Shown here piece by piece: positions 13,104 to 23,498 of a DNA stretch of 64,000 nt. Under the pieces are notes generated by a model. It saw nothing but the letters and a program-made list of their open reading frames with translations. It was not told the origin of the DNA and ran no database searches. The stretch is from the NCBI GenBank assembly GCA_027320085.1, contig DAHVLZ010000009.1:160001-224000 (forward strand), given 5' to 3'. This DNA is from Pseudomonadota bacterium. GTDB taxonomy: Bacteria; Pseudomonadota; Gammaproteobacteria; JAKAQQ01. A program made the position numbers and the translations under genes. Within the stretch, counting starts at the first letter, position 1. Each line of letters starts with the position of its first letter.

Positions 13104-13166
13104 CCTGCAATCTTCAACGGATTTTCAGTGCGTTAGGCCCTGCATACGATTCTTGGAGGCCGGCCG

Positions 13167-13194
13167 GGAACTTCAAAAAGGCTAGCGGGTCTAT
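13167..13194 (+). promoter_or_regulatory. sigmaE-type promoter upstream of degP/Q
   Basis: GGAACTT-N16-TCTAT. Confidence 0.65.
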
Positions 13195-13217
13195 CCTGCT
13201 ACTGACGGGCCAGCCCT

Positions 13218-13267
13218 AAACCGCTACAATGACAGGTTGTTGCCTTGTTCGTCGCGGCGGTTTTTTT
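13218..13267 (+). terminator. Imperfect hairpin followed by T7 in the degP leader
   Basis: AAACCGC...GCGGTTT outer stem, GACAGG/CCTTGTT inner stem, then T run. Confidence 0.45.
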
Positions 13268-13382
13268 GCGGCTGCCCGTTCTGGCAAAGCCCAGTAGCCG
13301 TCGTCACCCACGTTAGAGAAGGGGCCGCGTCCCAAGCCGGAGAGGCCGCCTTCAGGAAACCGAATCACGAGGAACTGATCCG

Positions 13383-14834
13383 ATGAAACAAATGAAGCGA
13401 TCCATCTGGTTTGCCGTCGCCTTGGTTGGCACACTGACCGTCGTCAATGTCGGACTGACCCTGGCCAACTCCAGCATACCGTCACACGCCAAATCGGTTT
13501 TACCGGTATTCCAGGATGGCACCCCAGTGCCCAGCCTCGTCCCCATGATTCGCATGGTCATGCCAACCGTCGTCAATGTCTCCACCAAGGGTGAGATACC
13601 GGTCCATTCCCCCCTCTATGCCCCATTCCTTAATAACCCGTTCTTTCAACAGTTTTTCGGGATGAGTCCCTTTCAGCAGCAGCAGCAAGAGCCGGCACAT
13701 GAACATTTTCGTGCGCTCGGATCTGGCGTCATCATCAATGCGCGTAAGGGTTACATCCTGACCAATGATCATGTCATCCGGCACGCCACAAAGATCGTGG
13801 TCACCACCTACAATCACCACCACTATCCGGCTCGTGTCGTCGGCAAGGATAAGGAGACGGATTTGGCCGTCCTCCAGATTCACGCTCATGGCCTGCGCCA
13901 AATTGCGTTCGGAGACTCGGCCAAGCTGGCCGTGGGAGACTTTGTCGTAGCCATCGGCAACCCGTTTGGATTGGGGCATACCGCCACATTCGGCATCGTG
14001 AGTGGTCTCGGTCGGACGGATGTCGAACAGAACCATGTCGGGACGTTCATCCAAACTGATGCCGCGATCAACCCGGGGAACTCGGGTGGTGCGCTGGTCA
14101 ATCTCCGGGGACAGCTGGTTGGGATCAACACCGCCATTCTGACGACTGGTAACGACGGCGGAAATATTGGCATCGGCTTCGCTATCCCCGTCAACCTTGC
14201 ACGAGCGGTGGCCCACCAGATCATCCGCTATGGACGCGTGGAACGGGGTGTACTGGGAGTCCTGGTTCAGGATGTGACTCCCCGCCTCCGGCGTGCCTTC
14301 GGCCTTGCACCCGGACAGCGTGGCGCCCTTATTGCTCAAGTGGAACCCAACTCGGGTGCTGCCCGCGCCGGTCTCCGGGCAGGTGATATCATTACCAACG
14401 TCAATGGCCAACCCGTCCGCGATGTCAGCGCTTTGCGCGGCGTCATCGGGGTTTTGCGTGTCGGGACCCATGTCCGTGTTGGCTTTCTCCGGAACGGACA
14501 TGCCATGACGGCGACCGCCATTATTGGGCCCAACCACAACCACAAAGAAAAGCACACTTTCCAGTTTGCCAAGAAAAACATCGGGGCACAGCTGTCGGAC
14601 CTCAATCCGAGCTCGCCGCTCTATGGCAAGGTGAAAGGCGTCATGGTCATCGCCGTAGCTCCCCGGAGCCCTGCTGCAAAAGCAGGCTTGGAACCCGGAG
14701 ACGTCATTGTGGCTATCGACCAGCATCCAATTCACAATCTAGCCGAGTTCAAGCAAGCGCTGGATACCTATCACGGAATCTTGTTGCTTACGGTGCAACG
14801 CGGCTCGAGCACATTTTTCACAACCCTTCGCTAA
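13383..14834 (+). CDS. Periplasmic serine endoprotease DegP/DegQ (HtrA) with two PDZ domains
   Basis: Signal peptide, TNDHVI, DLAVL, INPGNSGG catalytic motifs. Confidence 0.95.
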   Translation: MKQMKRSIWFAVALVGTLTVVNVGLTLANSSIPSHAKSVLPVFQDGTPVPSLVPMIRMVMPTVVNVSTKGEIPVHSPLYAPFLNNPFFQQFFGMSPFQQQQQEPAHEHFRALGSGVIINARKGYILTNDHVIRHATKIVVTTYNHHHYPARVVGKDKETDLAVLQIHAHGLRQIAFGDSAKLAVGDFVVAIGNPFGLGHTATFGIVSGLGRTDVEQNHVGTFIQTDAAINPGNSGGALVNLRGQLVGINTAILTTGNDGGNIGIGFAIPVNLARAVAHQIIRYGRVERGVLGVLVQDVTPRLRRAFGLAPGQRGALIAQVEPNSGAARAGLRAGDIITNVNGQPVRDVSALRGVIGVLRVGTHVRVGFLRNGHAMTATAIIGPNHNHKEKHTFQFAKKNIGAQLSDLNPSSPLYGKVKGVMVIAVAPRSPAAKAGLEPGDVIVAIDQHPIHNLAEFKQALDTYHGILLLTVQRGSSTFFTTLR

Positions 14835-14840
14835 ATCGAC

Positions 14841-14871
14841 CCCAGAGGGGGCCATCATGGCCCCCTCTGGG
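14841..14871. terminator. Strong hairpin after degP/Q
   Basis: CCCAGAGGGGGCCAT-C-ATGGCCCCCTCTGGG inverted repeat; no clear T tail. Confidence 0.6.
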
Positions 14872-14976
14872 ATTCCAAATCTGGAAATCTGGCATTTAAT
14901 GCCGACTAAACACTGTATTTGACTTCCGTAACCCCGTAGACTGGAAGCCTTCACCACCAACACCGCAGGTGCTTCC

Positions 14977-15342
14977 ATGTTTCAAAACAGGGTCAAGGAT
15001 GTACAATCGCTTTATCTCGGATTGATCCAAGACATCAACCGTTACCTACTTCACGGGCTGGCTGAGTGCTGGCTTCTGTCGCCCGACACCACTCGCGTAC
15101 TTCTCCCCGAGACCGTCCAAAGTCATATCATCGGGCTTCTTTCGCTGACCGCTTCAGAAAGGGAGCAGCGCCTCAGGGACCAAGACCCGGAGGTTCCATT
15201 ATGGCAACTGCGTCCGGAACGCACCCTCTGGCAGGCACTGGATTGTTGCAAGGCCGATGAGCAGCGCAATCGGCAAATCTTGGCCCGAGCACAAACAGCA
15301 ACCAGCCCATGGGGCCAGGAAAGCCCGGATGAGAGTTCCTAG
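14977..15342 (+). CDS. Hypothetical protein, weak FlhD-like resemblance
   Basis: 121 aa; LIQDINRYLL and LLSLT recall FlhD HIYDINLSYLL and LAALT; by eye only. Confidence 0.45.
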   Translation: MFQNRVKDVQSLYLGLIQDINRYLLHGLAECWLLSPDTTRVLLPETVQSHIIGLLSLTASEREQRLRDQDPEVPLWQLRPERTLWQALDCCKADEQRNRQILARAQTATSPWGQESPDESS

Positions 15343-15391
15343 ATTCTCCTTCGAAATCCGGTCTACGCTTGAATAAATCTATGGAGACTTA

Positions 15392-15410
15392 GTCAATGTT
15401 GAACATTGAC
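15392..15410. promoter_or_regulatory. Perfect 9-1-9 palindrome, possible operator
   Basis: GTCAATGTT-G-AACATTGAC in intergenic DNA. Confidence 0.4.
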
Positions 15411-15604
15411 CGCTTGAGGACATGAAAAGACGGCCAAGAACCGACCCCGGTCTGGTTACCGGGGTAAAATGGTCCTGTTCTTGATTTTCGATTTTGACTT
15501 ACAGCGAACCGAACCACGGGTACTATACTGTCGAGTCCAATTACCAATTGGGGAATAGATCGTACCAAAGGTGGAGTACCTGGGGTTCGGGGGCATATCG
15601 AGCC

Positions 15605-15937
15605 GTGAGCGCAATTCTTATTTTCACCACTGTCGCAGACTCCACAGAGGCCGACTCACTGGCCAGAATCTTGGTTGAATCCCGCTTGGCTGCCTGCGTG
15701 AACCGGGTTGGGCCTGTGCAATCCACTTATCGCTGGAACGATGCAATAGAAATCTCAATGGAGTACCTGCTGATCGTCAAAACTCAGGCGGAACGCTACC
15801 CCGCGATCGAGCACCTGATCCGCAAGCACCATACTTATGCCGTCCCAGAGATCGTTTCTGTAGCTTTGCACGATCTGGAACCGAACTATCGGCATTGGCT
15901 CGAATTGGCGGTCGCCCCTGCGCTGACACCCTCATGA
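15605..15937 (+). CDS. cutA: Divalent-cation tolerance protein CutA
   Basis: LAACVN, STYRW, HTYAVPEI; GTG start. Confidence 0.92.
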   Translation: MSAILIFTTVADSTEADSLARILVESRLAACVNRVGPVQSTYRWNDAIEISMEYLLIVKTQAERYPAIEHLIRKHHTYAVPEIVSVALHDLEPNYRHWLELAVAPALTPS

Positions 15938-16467
15938 CGCTGCGTTCTCGTCAATTCCTCTGGATCGCAGTACCAACGGTTCTTGTTGCCGCTGCCAGCT
16001 TCTTACTGCTGGAATCCCTGTTAAAACAGCCTCCGTCTGCTGACCTTGGGGGCATAGCACTCAAGAGCCTGAACCGGGAGGGCTCATTTTTTCCTGAGCA
16101 CCCTTCACCACCGGAAACCCTGGTCAATTTCTGGGCTCCCTGGTGCGCTCCTTGCCGCAAAGAGATCCCCCTCCTCAATCACCTGGCCCGAACCTCCCAC
16201 GAGATTCATGATCATCATCTGGCAATTGTCGGCATCGCACTCGATGCCCGACGCCCTGTCAACCGTTTTCTGGACCAGGAAAAATTGGCCTATCCCATCT
16301 TCGTCGTACCTCAGGATGAGGAAGCTTTCGTGGCCCGTTTCCACATCAGCCTGATTGGTCTGCCCATCACTGTCCTCTTAAACCGGAAAAACGAGGTCAT
16401 TGCAAGGCATCTTGGCCAACTCAACCCGCACAGTCTGGCCACCCTCCTGGCTAATCCAACCCACTGA
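15934..16467 (+). CDS. TlpA family disulfide reductase
   Basis: N-terminal TM helix, VNFWAPWCAPCRKEIP, GLPIT cis-Pro loop. Confidence 0.88.
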   Translation: MTLRSRQFLWIAVPTVLVAAASFLLLESLLKQPPSADLGGIALKSLNREGSFFPEHPSPPETLVNFWAPWCAPCRKEIPLLNHLARTSHEIHDHHLAIVGIALDARRPVNRFLDQEKLAYPIFVVPQDEEAFVARFHISLIGLPITVLLNRKNEVIARHLGQLNPHSLATLLANPTH

Positions 16468-16657
16468 CCAATTCGCGTCGTATCCGGGGCAGATTTCAGA
16501 GCCTAGGCAGTATTGCGGGCTTTAACAAGACCCTATCGTGGACAAAAAGATCAAAATCAGGCAAAATGCCGTGATATGAGCATTTTTGGCAACGAAAAAC
16601 CATCATCTTCGCGGATTATGCGGGCGTCCGTCCGGGTTGGCTCAGTGGAGAGCTTGT

Positions 16658-17140
16658 GTGACAGCGCTGATCGCCATCATTAACGGACCCAACCTCAATC
16701 TTTTGGGTACCCGAGAACCCGAGCTTTACGGCACGGAGTCGCTCGAGACGATTATCGGCCGGTTGACCCGACGAATCCAGGAGGCCGGATATCGATCCTC
16801 CCATTTCCAGAGTAACTCCGAGGGCGCAATTATTGACCATATTCATGCGCTCGGGCTCGAAAAAAGGCGGGTCGCCCTCTTCAATCCGGGCGCCTACACA
16901 CACACCAGCCTGGCCTTGCGCGATGCCGTGCTGGCCGTTCGACTCCCCTTTATCGAAGTTCACCTCAGCAACCCTGCTCGACGTGAAAGCTCTCGGGTAC
17001 ATTCCCATTTTACGGACCTGGCACTCGGTCTTGTAAGCGGTTTCGGCCCATTGAGCTATGACCTCGCACTCGAGGGAGCACTCCAGTTTCTACATCAACC
17101 GACTTCATTTCCTCGGGAGGCGCCACATGGACATACGTAA
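16658..17140 (+). CDS. aroQ: Type II 3-dehydroquinate dehydratase
   Basis: [33 protein letters not shown]. Confidence 0.96.
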   Translation: MTALIAIINGPNLNLLGTREPELYGTESLETIIGRLTRRIQEAGYRSSHFQSNSEGAIIDHIHALGLEKRRVALFNPGAYTHTSLALRDAVLAVRLPFIEVHLSNPARRESSRVHSHFTDLALGLVSGFGPLSYDLALEGALQFLHQPTSFPREAPHGHT

Positions 17141-17570
17141 GGTCAAGAAACTTATCGAACTCCTCGAAACTTCCGGGATCAGTGAAATTGAAATCACAGA
17201 AGGAGAAGAACGGGTCCGTATCAGTCGCCTTACTCCGCAACCGGTCGCAACAGTCTCCACCGCGGCAACCACCGTAACTCCACCGCCCCCTTTGCCGGTC
17301 GCAACTTCGGAGCCACCCAAAACTCCGCCGAGCTCTGGCCATACAATCCAAGCCCCCATGGTGGGCGTTTTCTACCGATCTGCCTCGCCCGATAAACCGC
17401 CCTTCGTCGAGGTTGGCCAGACCGTCAAGGCTGGCGACACACTGTGCATCATCGAGGCGATGAAGATGATGAACCAGATTCAAAGTGACAAGGGGGGGGT
17501 AATCAAGGCCATTCTGGCCGAGAACGCGACACCTGTCGAATATGATCAACCGCTTTTCATCATCGAGTAA
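17127..17570 (+). CDS. accB: Biotin carboxyl carrier protein
   Basis: [28 protein letters not shown]. Confidence 0.97.
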   Translation: MDIRKVKKLIELLETSGISEIEITEGEERVRISRLTPQPVATVSTAATTVTPPPPLPVATSEPPKTPPSSGHTIQAPMVGVFYRSASPDKPPFVEVGQTVKAGDTLCIIEAMKMMNQIQSDKGGVIKAILAENATPVEYDQPLFIIE

Positions 17571-17585
17571 ATTGGACCATTTTCC

Positions 17586-18941
17586 ATGTTAGAAAAGGTG
17601 ATGATTGCTAACCGCGGTGAGATTGCACTGCGTATTTTGAGAGCTTGCCAGGAACTGGGGATCAAAACGGTGGCCGCTCACTCCACCATTGACCAAGATC
17701 TGAAGCACGTCCGGCTGGCCGATCAACGCTTATGCATCGGGCCAGCACCATCGTCAAAAAGCTACCTCAATATCCCGGCACTCATTAGTGCCGCCGAGGC
17801 ACTGGATGTCCAAGCCATTCACCCGGGATACGGCTTTCTCTCTGAAAATGCCGACTTTGCTGAAGCAGTCGAATCCTGCGGTTTCATTTTTATCGGGCCC
17901 AAACCAGAAACAATCCGTCTCATGGGTGACAAGGTCTCGGCAATTCAGTGCATGAAGACCTCGGGCATCCCGACGATCCCGGGATCGGATGGGCCCTTGG
18001 GCTCGGACTCCTCTGAGATCCACCGAATCGCCCGGAACATCGGCTATCCCGTCATGATCAAGGCTGCAGGAGGAGGGGGGGGACGCGGCATGCGGGTCGT
18101 GCACAGCGATGCCGCCTTGGTTCATGCAATCGACCTGACACGGGCGGAAGCCCAAGCCGCCTTTGGCAATCCCAACGTCTATCTGGAGCGTTACTTGTCG
18201 GCTCCGCGCCACATCGAGGTCCAGGTTCTAGCCGATGGTCAAGGCAATGCGATTCACCTCGGTGAGCGCGACTGCTCCATGCAACGCCGACATCAAAAAA
18301 TCATTGAGGAGGCTCCCGCTCCGGGAATCTCAGACCGGCAGCGCCGCCAACTGGGCGAACGATGTGTACAGGCCTGCCAGAAAATTGGTTACCGAGGGGC
18401 TGGTACCTTCGAATTCCTCTACGAAAACGGAGAATTTCATTTTATCGAGATGAATACACGTATCCAAGTCGAACATCCGATCACCGAGGCCATTACCGGT
18501 GTGGATCTGGTCAAGGAAATGATCCGGGTCTCCTCCGGTGAACCTCTGCGGATCCGACAGCGGGACATCACTTTCCGTGGGCATGCCATTGAATGCCGGA
18601 TTAACGCCGAGACCCCAACCAACTTCATGCCCTCCCCAGGCTTGGTCACTCAGTGGGTCCCCCCCGGAGGACCTGGCATCCGAGTGGACTCTCACCTGTA
18701 CTCCGGATACCGGGTTCCGCCCTATTACGATTCCCTGATCGCCAAGATTATTGCCTTTGGGGAGACACGTGATGAAGCCATCTCACGTATCCAGGCTGCG
18801 CTCCAGGAGACCGTCGTGGAGGGCATCGCTACCAATATTCCCCTCCATCTCGAACTGCTGCACGATGAGGGAGTGAAACAAGGAGGACTCGACATCCATT
18901 TTCTGACCAAGAAACTGGAAAACCGCATGTCTACAAAATGA
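17586..18941 (+). CDS. accC: Biotin carboxylase
   Basis: [40 protein letters not shown]. Confidence 0.98.
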   Translation: MLEKVMIANRGEIALRILRACQELGIKTVAAHSTIDQDLKHVRLADQRLCIGPAPSSKSYLNIPALISAAEALDVQAIHPGYGFLSENADFAEAVESCGFIFIGPKPETIRLMGDKVSAIQCMKTSGIPTIPGSDGPLGSDSSEIHRIARNIGYPVMIKAAGGGGGRGMRVVHSDAALVHAIDLTRAEAQAAFGNPNVYLERYLSAPRHIEVQVLADGQGNAIHLGERDCSMQRRHQKIIEEAPAPGISDRQRRQLGERCVQACQKIGYRGAGTFEFLYENGEFHFIEMNTRIQVEHPITEAITGVDLVKEMIRVSSGEPLRIRQRDITFRGHAIECRINAETPTNFMPSPGLVTQWVPPGGPGIRVDSHLYSGYRVPPYYDSLIAKIIAFGETRDEAISRIQAALQETVVEGIATNIPLHLELLHDEGVKQGGLDIHFLTKKLENRMSTK

Positions 18942-19044
18942 GATCCGCGGTTTTCTCCTATCACCCGCCTGTGACCCGCTCGCCCCTGTCAAGCAGGGCG
19001 ATGTTCTAAAGGTCACGTTCCATGCAGGCTCACCGGTCTCTGAA

Positions 19045-20067
19045 ATGCTGACCCGCTGTGACCGATGCGGGACTTGGTTCCGCGTACGCAAGGAACAGCT
19101 GGCGGTCGCGGATGGTTGGGTTCGTTGTGGGCACTGTGGCCAGACTTTTTTGGCCGAATCCTCCCTCTTGGATGAACCTGCACTAAGAGAGGACATCCAA
19201 TCCCCGGCACCGTCAGGATCCGCGCACCCGAACCCAAGCCAAGCCAGTCATCCGCTCCAGGTCGAACACCATCAGGAACCGGAACCAGCCCTCGACCTAC
19301 ACCCCGAAGCCTCGGAAGGAGACCCCCAACTCCAAGCACGGGCTCCCGAATTCGAACCTGATGCCTCGGCATCGCCACTCGAATCACTGAACGATGAACC
19401 AACTGCAGCTTCACCCGATGGTGACAATCACTCACTTCACACAGAAATCGGAGATCCGGACTCACCAATCCCGTCGAGCCCCCCCGAATCCGGGTTCGGT
19501 GCAACGAGATTGGGGACTGAGACCGAGCCCATCATCTCACCGTCCAGGCCACCGACCAATACCCCTTTTGAGCGAAGAAGTTCTGTTTTCTGGGCGATCG
19601 GCTCTGTCTTGGCTGCTGGATTGATCGTCTTTGAAGCTGTGGGCATCAGCTATCATGGGCAGACGCCCAATATCGCTTCGCTGAGCCCCACCCTCGAATC
19701 GCCCTCCACGGGAAAGGCCCCACTCTCGCCAGCACAGGTCCATATCCTGTCGGCCGAGGTCAGGCAGACACGACAAGCGCCTGGTGGCCTGGCGATCGAA
19801 GGAACCCTGTTCAATGCATCGACCCAAGAGCTGGCTTTCCCGGAACTGCTGGTCCGCTTCACCGATCTTGAGGGTCAAATCGTGGTTGAAGGCCTTTTCC
19901 CTCCCGCTGACTACCTTCCGACCCCGACTCACGATCCGGTGATCCCTGCTCATGCCGCGGTGGCTTTCAGACTCCGCGTAGTTGATCCCGGATCGCAAGC
20001 TGTTGGATTCAGTCTGAGATCCTGCCTACCCCCCCGTGGAGAGACCACTTTTTGTGGGAGTCCATAG
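19045..20067 (+). CDS. Zinc-ribbon and DUF3426 domain protein
   Basis: CDRC..VRCGHC N-terminal ribbon, Pro/Glu-rich linker, TM helix, FPELLVRFTD; usual position after accC. Confidence 0.8.
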   Translation: MLTRCDRCGTWFRVRKEQLAVADGWVRCGHCGQTFLAESSLLDEPALREDIQSPAPSGSAHPNPSQASHPLQVEHHQEPEPALDLHPEASEGDPQLQARAPEFEPDASASPLESLNDEPTAASPDGDNHSLHTEIGDPDSPIPSSPPESGFGATRLGTETEPIISPSRPPTNTPFERRSSVFWAIGSVLAAGLIVFEAVGISYHGQTPNIASLSPTLESPSTGKAPLSPAQVHILSAEVRQTRQAPGGLAIEGTLFNASTQELAFPELLVRFTDLEGQIVVEGLFPPADYLPTPTHDPVIPAHAAVAFRLRVVDPGSQAVGFSLRSCLPPRGETTFCGSP

Positions 20068-20243
20068 GGAAACATCACACCTGCCCCAGCTTTGCGACTG
20101 GAGTCAATAAATTACGACGGCCTGTGCGACTTGATATGAAGTTCTAGAAATAAAAAATAACATCATATGGTCCGCTTCTGAGACCGGGTTTCCACCCATT
20201 TTCGTTTTTGTCAAGTGGCCCAAGATGCAGATACAGGGGTAAT

Positions 20244-20597
20244 ATGACCTCCCGCAGTACCGTCCCTAGCAGCGCCATGAACCCGAATGACAAAAAACGA
20301 ACAACATCCTCATTAGCTGGACCGTTTCATAATAGCGAGGAGATACCATCCAGCCAGTCCTTGAGACACTTCGCCGCACAGGCTTTTCGACGATATCTCA
20401 AAGAGTTGAACGGAAACAAGCCCCGCAACCTCTACAATTTCGTCCTGAGGGAGATCGAGCAACCCCTGATTCAGGTCGCTCTCGAACATACTCAGGGTAA
20501 TCAGACGGAAGCTGCAAGACTGCTTGGAGTCAGTCGGGTGACACTCCGCAAAAAATTACGGGCACACGGCCTACCCGAGACCTCCAGACCTGCATGA
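20244..20597 (+). CDS. fis: DNA-binding protein Fis (start uncertain)
   Basis: LYNFVLREIEQPL, GNQTEAARLLGVSRVTLRKKL; upstream of purH. Confidence 0.88.
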   Translation: MTSRSTVPSSAMNPNDKKRTTSSLAGPFHNSEEIPSSQSLRHFAAQAFRRYLKELNGNKPRNLYNFVLREIEQPLIQVALEHTQGNQTEAARLLGVSRVTLRKKLRAHGLPETSRPA

Positions 20598-20648
20598 GCC
20601 TCACCCAGAGTAAAGTGGCAACCCAATGATGGCGTGGGACGGAGGCTT

Positions 20649-22193
20649 ATGAGTGCGTGGGCGCTTTTCAGTCTCTCCGACCGGTCTGGGGCATCAGATT
20701 TTGCAGAACAACTGGTCCAGGCTGGCATTTCATTGCTGGCAACCAGCGGAACGGCTGAATATCTGAAAAGCCGGGGACTTTCGGTCAAGACAGTTGCTGA
20801 ACAGTATGGATCCCCCGAACTGTTGGGCGGACGGGTAAAAACCCTTCACCCCGGGCTCCATGCTGGCATTCTGGCCCGTCCCGTGGATCTTGCGGAACTC
20901 CGCGAACAGGGTGCCGAGGTAATCGATTACGTGATTGTGAGCCTGTATCCCTTCATGGAAACTTGGGCACATCATCGGACCGATGAGGACCTGATCGAGC
21001 AGATCGACATCGGAGGAGTCGCGTTGGTCCGGGCTGCCGCCAAGAATCATGAACGAGTCACCGTCATCGTCGACCCCGCGGATTATGGCTGGATCAGCCA
21101 ACGCATCCGGAATGCTGGCACCTTGAGCCAGGCAGAACGGCGTGAGCTCGCGGCCAAGGCATTCCGTCTCACTGCAAGCTACGATGGACTGATTGCTCGC
21201 TGGCTTACCCCTCCCCTCCCCGAACCAAGGACACGCTGGCCTGAACATTTTCCGATTTCGCTCGAACATGCCTTTGACCTCCGGTATGGAGATAACCCAC
21301 ACCAACGCGCTGCTTTTTATCGCGACCCTATGCAGAGCCTTCCTTGGGCTCTGGTTTCCGGCGACGCCAAGCCACTTTCCTACAACAACCTTCTGGATAT
21401 TGAAGCTGCCGTATCCTGTATTCATCACGTACCCGAGACCGCTTGTGCCATCGTCAAGCATGCGAGCCCTTGCGCGATGGCTTTTGCCCCAGACCCACTT
21501 GCAGCCTATCAAAAAGCCCATGAGGCTGATCCCGTCTCCGCGTTTGGTGGGATCATCGCCTTTAACCGACAGGTTGGTGCCAACTTGTTGGCTGCCATTT
21601 TCCAACGGCAGTTTGTTGAAATCCTAGTGGCGCCCGGTTTCACGCCGGAAGGATTGGCGTTGCTTCACAAACGGCCCAAGGTTCGTGCCGTCCAGCTCCA
21701 TGAGATATCCCACGGAACTTCCCCACCTGCCGGGACATTCCGGTCCGTCGCCGGAGGCTATGTGATTGGGGAGGCTGACCAAATTCTCCTCGATGAGACC
21801 CGGTTACGATGCGTCACACGTCGCCAGCCTAACGAAAACGAATGGACAGACCTCCGACTTGCCTGGCACGTCGCACGGACGGTCCCTTCCAACGCCATAG
21901 TTCTCGTCCGACAAGGCCGGACAGTGGGGATCGGCGGCGGTCAACCGAACCGACCGGACAGTCTCCTGATCGCCAAGGAAAAAGCCAGCCGGGCGGGTTT
22001 GACCCTGGAATCCGCAGTCCTGGCCTCGGATGGATTTCTACCGTTCCCAGACGTGGTCGAAACAGCCGGTGCCCTCGGCATCTCCGCTGTCATCCAGCCC
22101 GGAGGCTCCCTCAAGGATCAGGACGTGATTACGGCAGCGGACGCCCGGAACATGGCCATGCTGCTCACCGGCCTACGACATTTCCGTCACTGA
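20649..22193 (+). CDS. purH: Bifunctional AICAR formyltransferase/IMP cyclohydrolase
   Basis: GRVKTLHP, IDIGG, LRYGDNPHQ, IQPGGS, RHFRH end. Confidence 0.96.
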   Translation: MSAWALFSLSDRSGASDFAEQLVQAGISLLATSGTAEYLKSRGLSVKTVAEQYGSPELLGGRVKTLHPGLHAGILARPVDLAELREQGAEVIDYVIVSLYPFMETWAHHRTDEDLIEQIDIGGVALVRAAAKNHERVTVIVDPADYGWISQRIRNAGTLSQAERRELAAKAFRLTASYDGLIARWLTPPLPEPRTRWPEHFPISLEHAFDLRYGDNPHQRAAFYRDPMQSLPWALVSGDAKPLSYNNLLDIEAAVSCIHHVPETACAIVKHASPCAMAFAPDPLAAYQKAHEADPVSAFGGIIAFNRQVGANLLAAIFQRQFVEILVAPGFTPEGLALLHKRPKVRAVQLHEISHGTSPPAGTFRSVAGGYVIGEADQILLDETRLRCVTRRQPNENEWTDLRLAWHVARTVPSNAIVLVRQGRTVGIGGGQPNRPDSLLIAKEKASRAGLTLESAVLASDGFLPFPDVVETAGALGISAVIQPGGSLKDQDVITAADARNMAMLLTGLRHFRH

Positions 22194-22211
22194 CCCTGTC
22201 GCTGGAGAAGC

Positions 22212-23498
22212 ATGAACCATCGAGGAGTTGGACAGGGTGCACGAATTCTCGTCGTCGGGCAGGGCGCACGAGAACATGCCCTTGTCTGGGCGCTGTCCCG
22301 GTCGCCAGAAACCCGGGCTTTGTGGGTAGCTCCCGGTAATGCCGGAACCGGCCAGGAACCCAAAACGCGAAATATTTCAATAGAATCTCACGAGATTGAT
22401 GCCTTGGCTACTTTTGCCCGACAGGAAAACATTGATCTCGTCGTCGTCGGTCCAGAAGCCCCGCTTGTGCTCGGACTGGCTGACCGTTTGGCTGTTCAGG
22501 GAACAGCCGTCATCGGTCCACGGCAGGATGCCGCCCGACTGGAGGGATCCAAAATCGCCTGCAAACGATTCTGCCAACGGCACGGTATTCCGACTGCGCC
22601 AGCCCGTATCCACGAAAAGCCAGAGGATGCCCTCCGAGACGTTGCGACCTGTCCCCTACCGGTTGTGATTAAGGCCTCCGGACTATGCGGGGGGAAAGGG
22701 GTCGTGATCGCAACCTCGCGGGCTGAGGCGGAGACTGCGGTCCGAAAACTCGCACAGCTGCCCGGCGGACAGGAAGGCCTGCTCGTTGAAGAATGTCTAG
22801 AGGGCTGGGAAACGAGCTATATCGTGCTGGCCCAAGAGACAAGCTATCTGTCCTGCCCCCCCACCCAAGACCACAAAAGGCTTAAGGACGGCAATCATGG
22901 CCCTAATACCGGAGGAATGGGCGCTTTCTCACCCGCCAACCGTGTCACACCTGAGTTGGAAACGCGCATCTGCTACGAGATCATCGAACCGACACTTCAG
23001 GCACTCGCACAATCCGGACATCCCTACCAAGGGTTCCTCTATGCAGGAATCATGGTCGACAAAAGTGGAGATCCACGCCTGCTGGAATTCAACTGTCGTC
23101 TCGGAGATCCAGAAGCCCAAGTTATTCTATTCCGGCTCGTGGATGACCTTCACGCGATCTTTGACGCCACCGTGCAGCAACGTCTAGACAAGGTCCGCTG
23201 GACTTCCGGACCCGAAGTTGCACTCACAACAATAATCGCCGCATCCGGGTATCCCGAGACTTCTTCCGGCGGTGTTGAGCCAATCGACGGCCTCGAGGTG
23301 GTGGAAGAACAAACCGATCTCAAGGTTTTCCATGGCGCAACGGGCTGGATAAACGGGCAGGTCGTGTGTAGAGGGGGGCGGGTTCTCGCCGTTACCGGGC
23401 GTGGCAGCAGCCTGCCCCAAGCTCGCGACCGGGTTTATACCCGGATCGAGAATTTGCATTTCGCCGGGATGCAGTATCGAAAGGACATTGGGTCATGA
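22212..23498 (+). CDS. purD: Phosphoribosylamine-glycine ligase
   Basis: GAREHAL, GPEAPL, QDHKR, GPNTGGMG, EFNCRLGDPE. Confidence 0.96.
   Translation: MNHRGVGQGARILVVGQGAREHALVWALSRSPETRALWVAPGNAGTGQEPKTRNISIESHEIDALATFARQENIDLVVVGPEAPLVLGLADRLAVQGTAVIGPRQDAARLEGSKIACKRFCQRHGIPTAPARIHEKPEDALRDVATCPLPVVIKASGLCGGKGVVIATSRAEAETAVRKLAQLPGGQEGLLVEECLEGWETSYIVLAQETSYLSCPPTQDHKRLKDGNHGPNTGGMGAFSPANRVTPELETRICYEIIEPTLQALAQSGHPYQGFLYAGIMVDKSGDPRLLEFNCRLGDPEAQVILFRLVDDLHAIFDATVQQRLDKVRWTSGPEVALTTIIAASGYPETSSGGVEPIDGLEVVEEQTDLKVFHGATGWINGQVVCRGGRVLAVTGRGSSLPQARDRVYTRIENLHFAGMQYRKDIGS

Noticed and set aside
13674-13688. CAG repeat (Gln5) in degP/Q
   Set aside because: Short in-frame tract in the variable Q-linker typical of HtrA proteins.
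13500-14735. 411-aa minus-strand ORF
   Set aside because: Antisense shadow of degP/Q.
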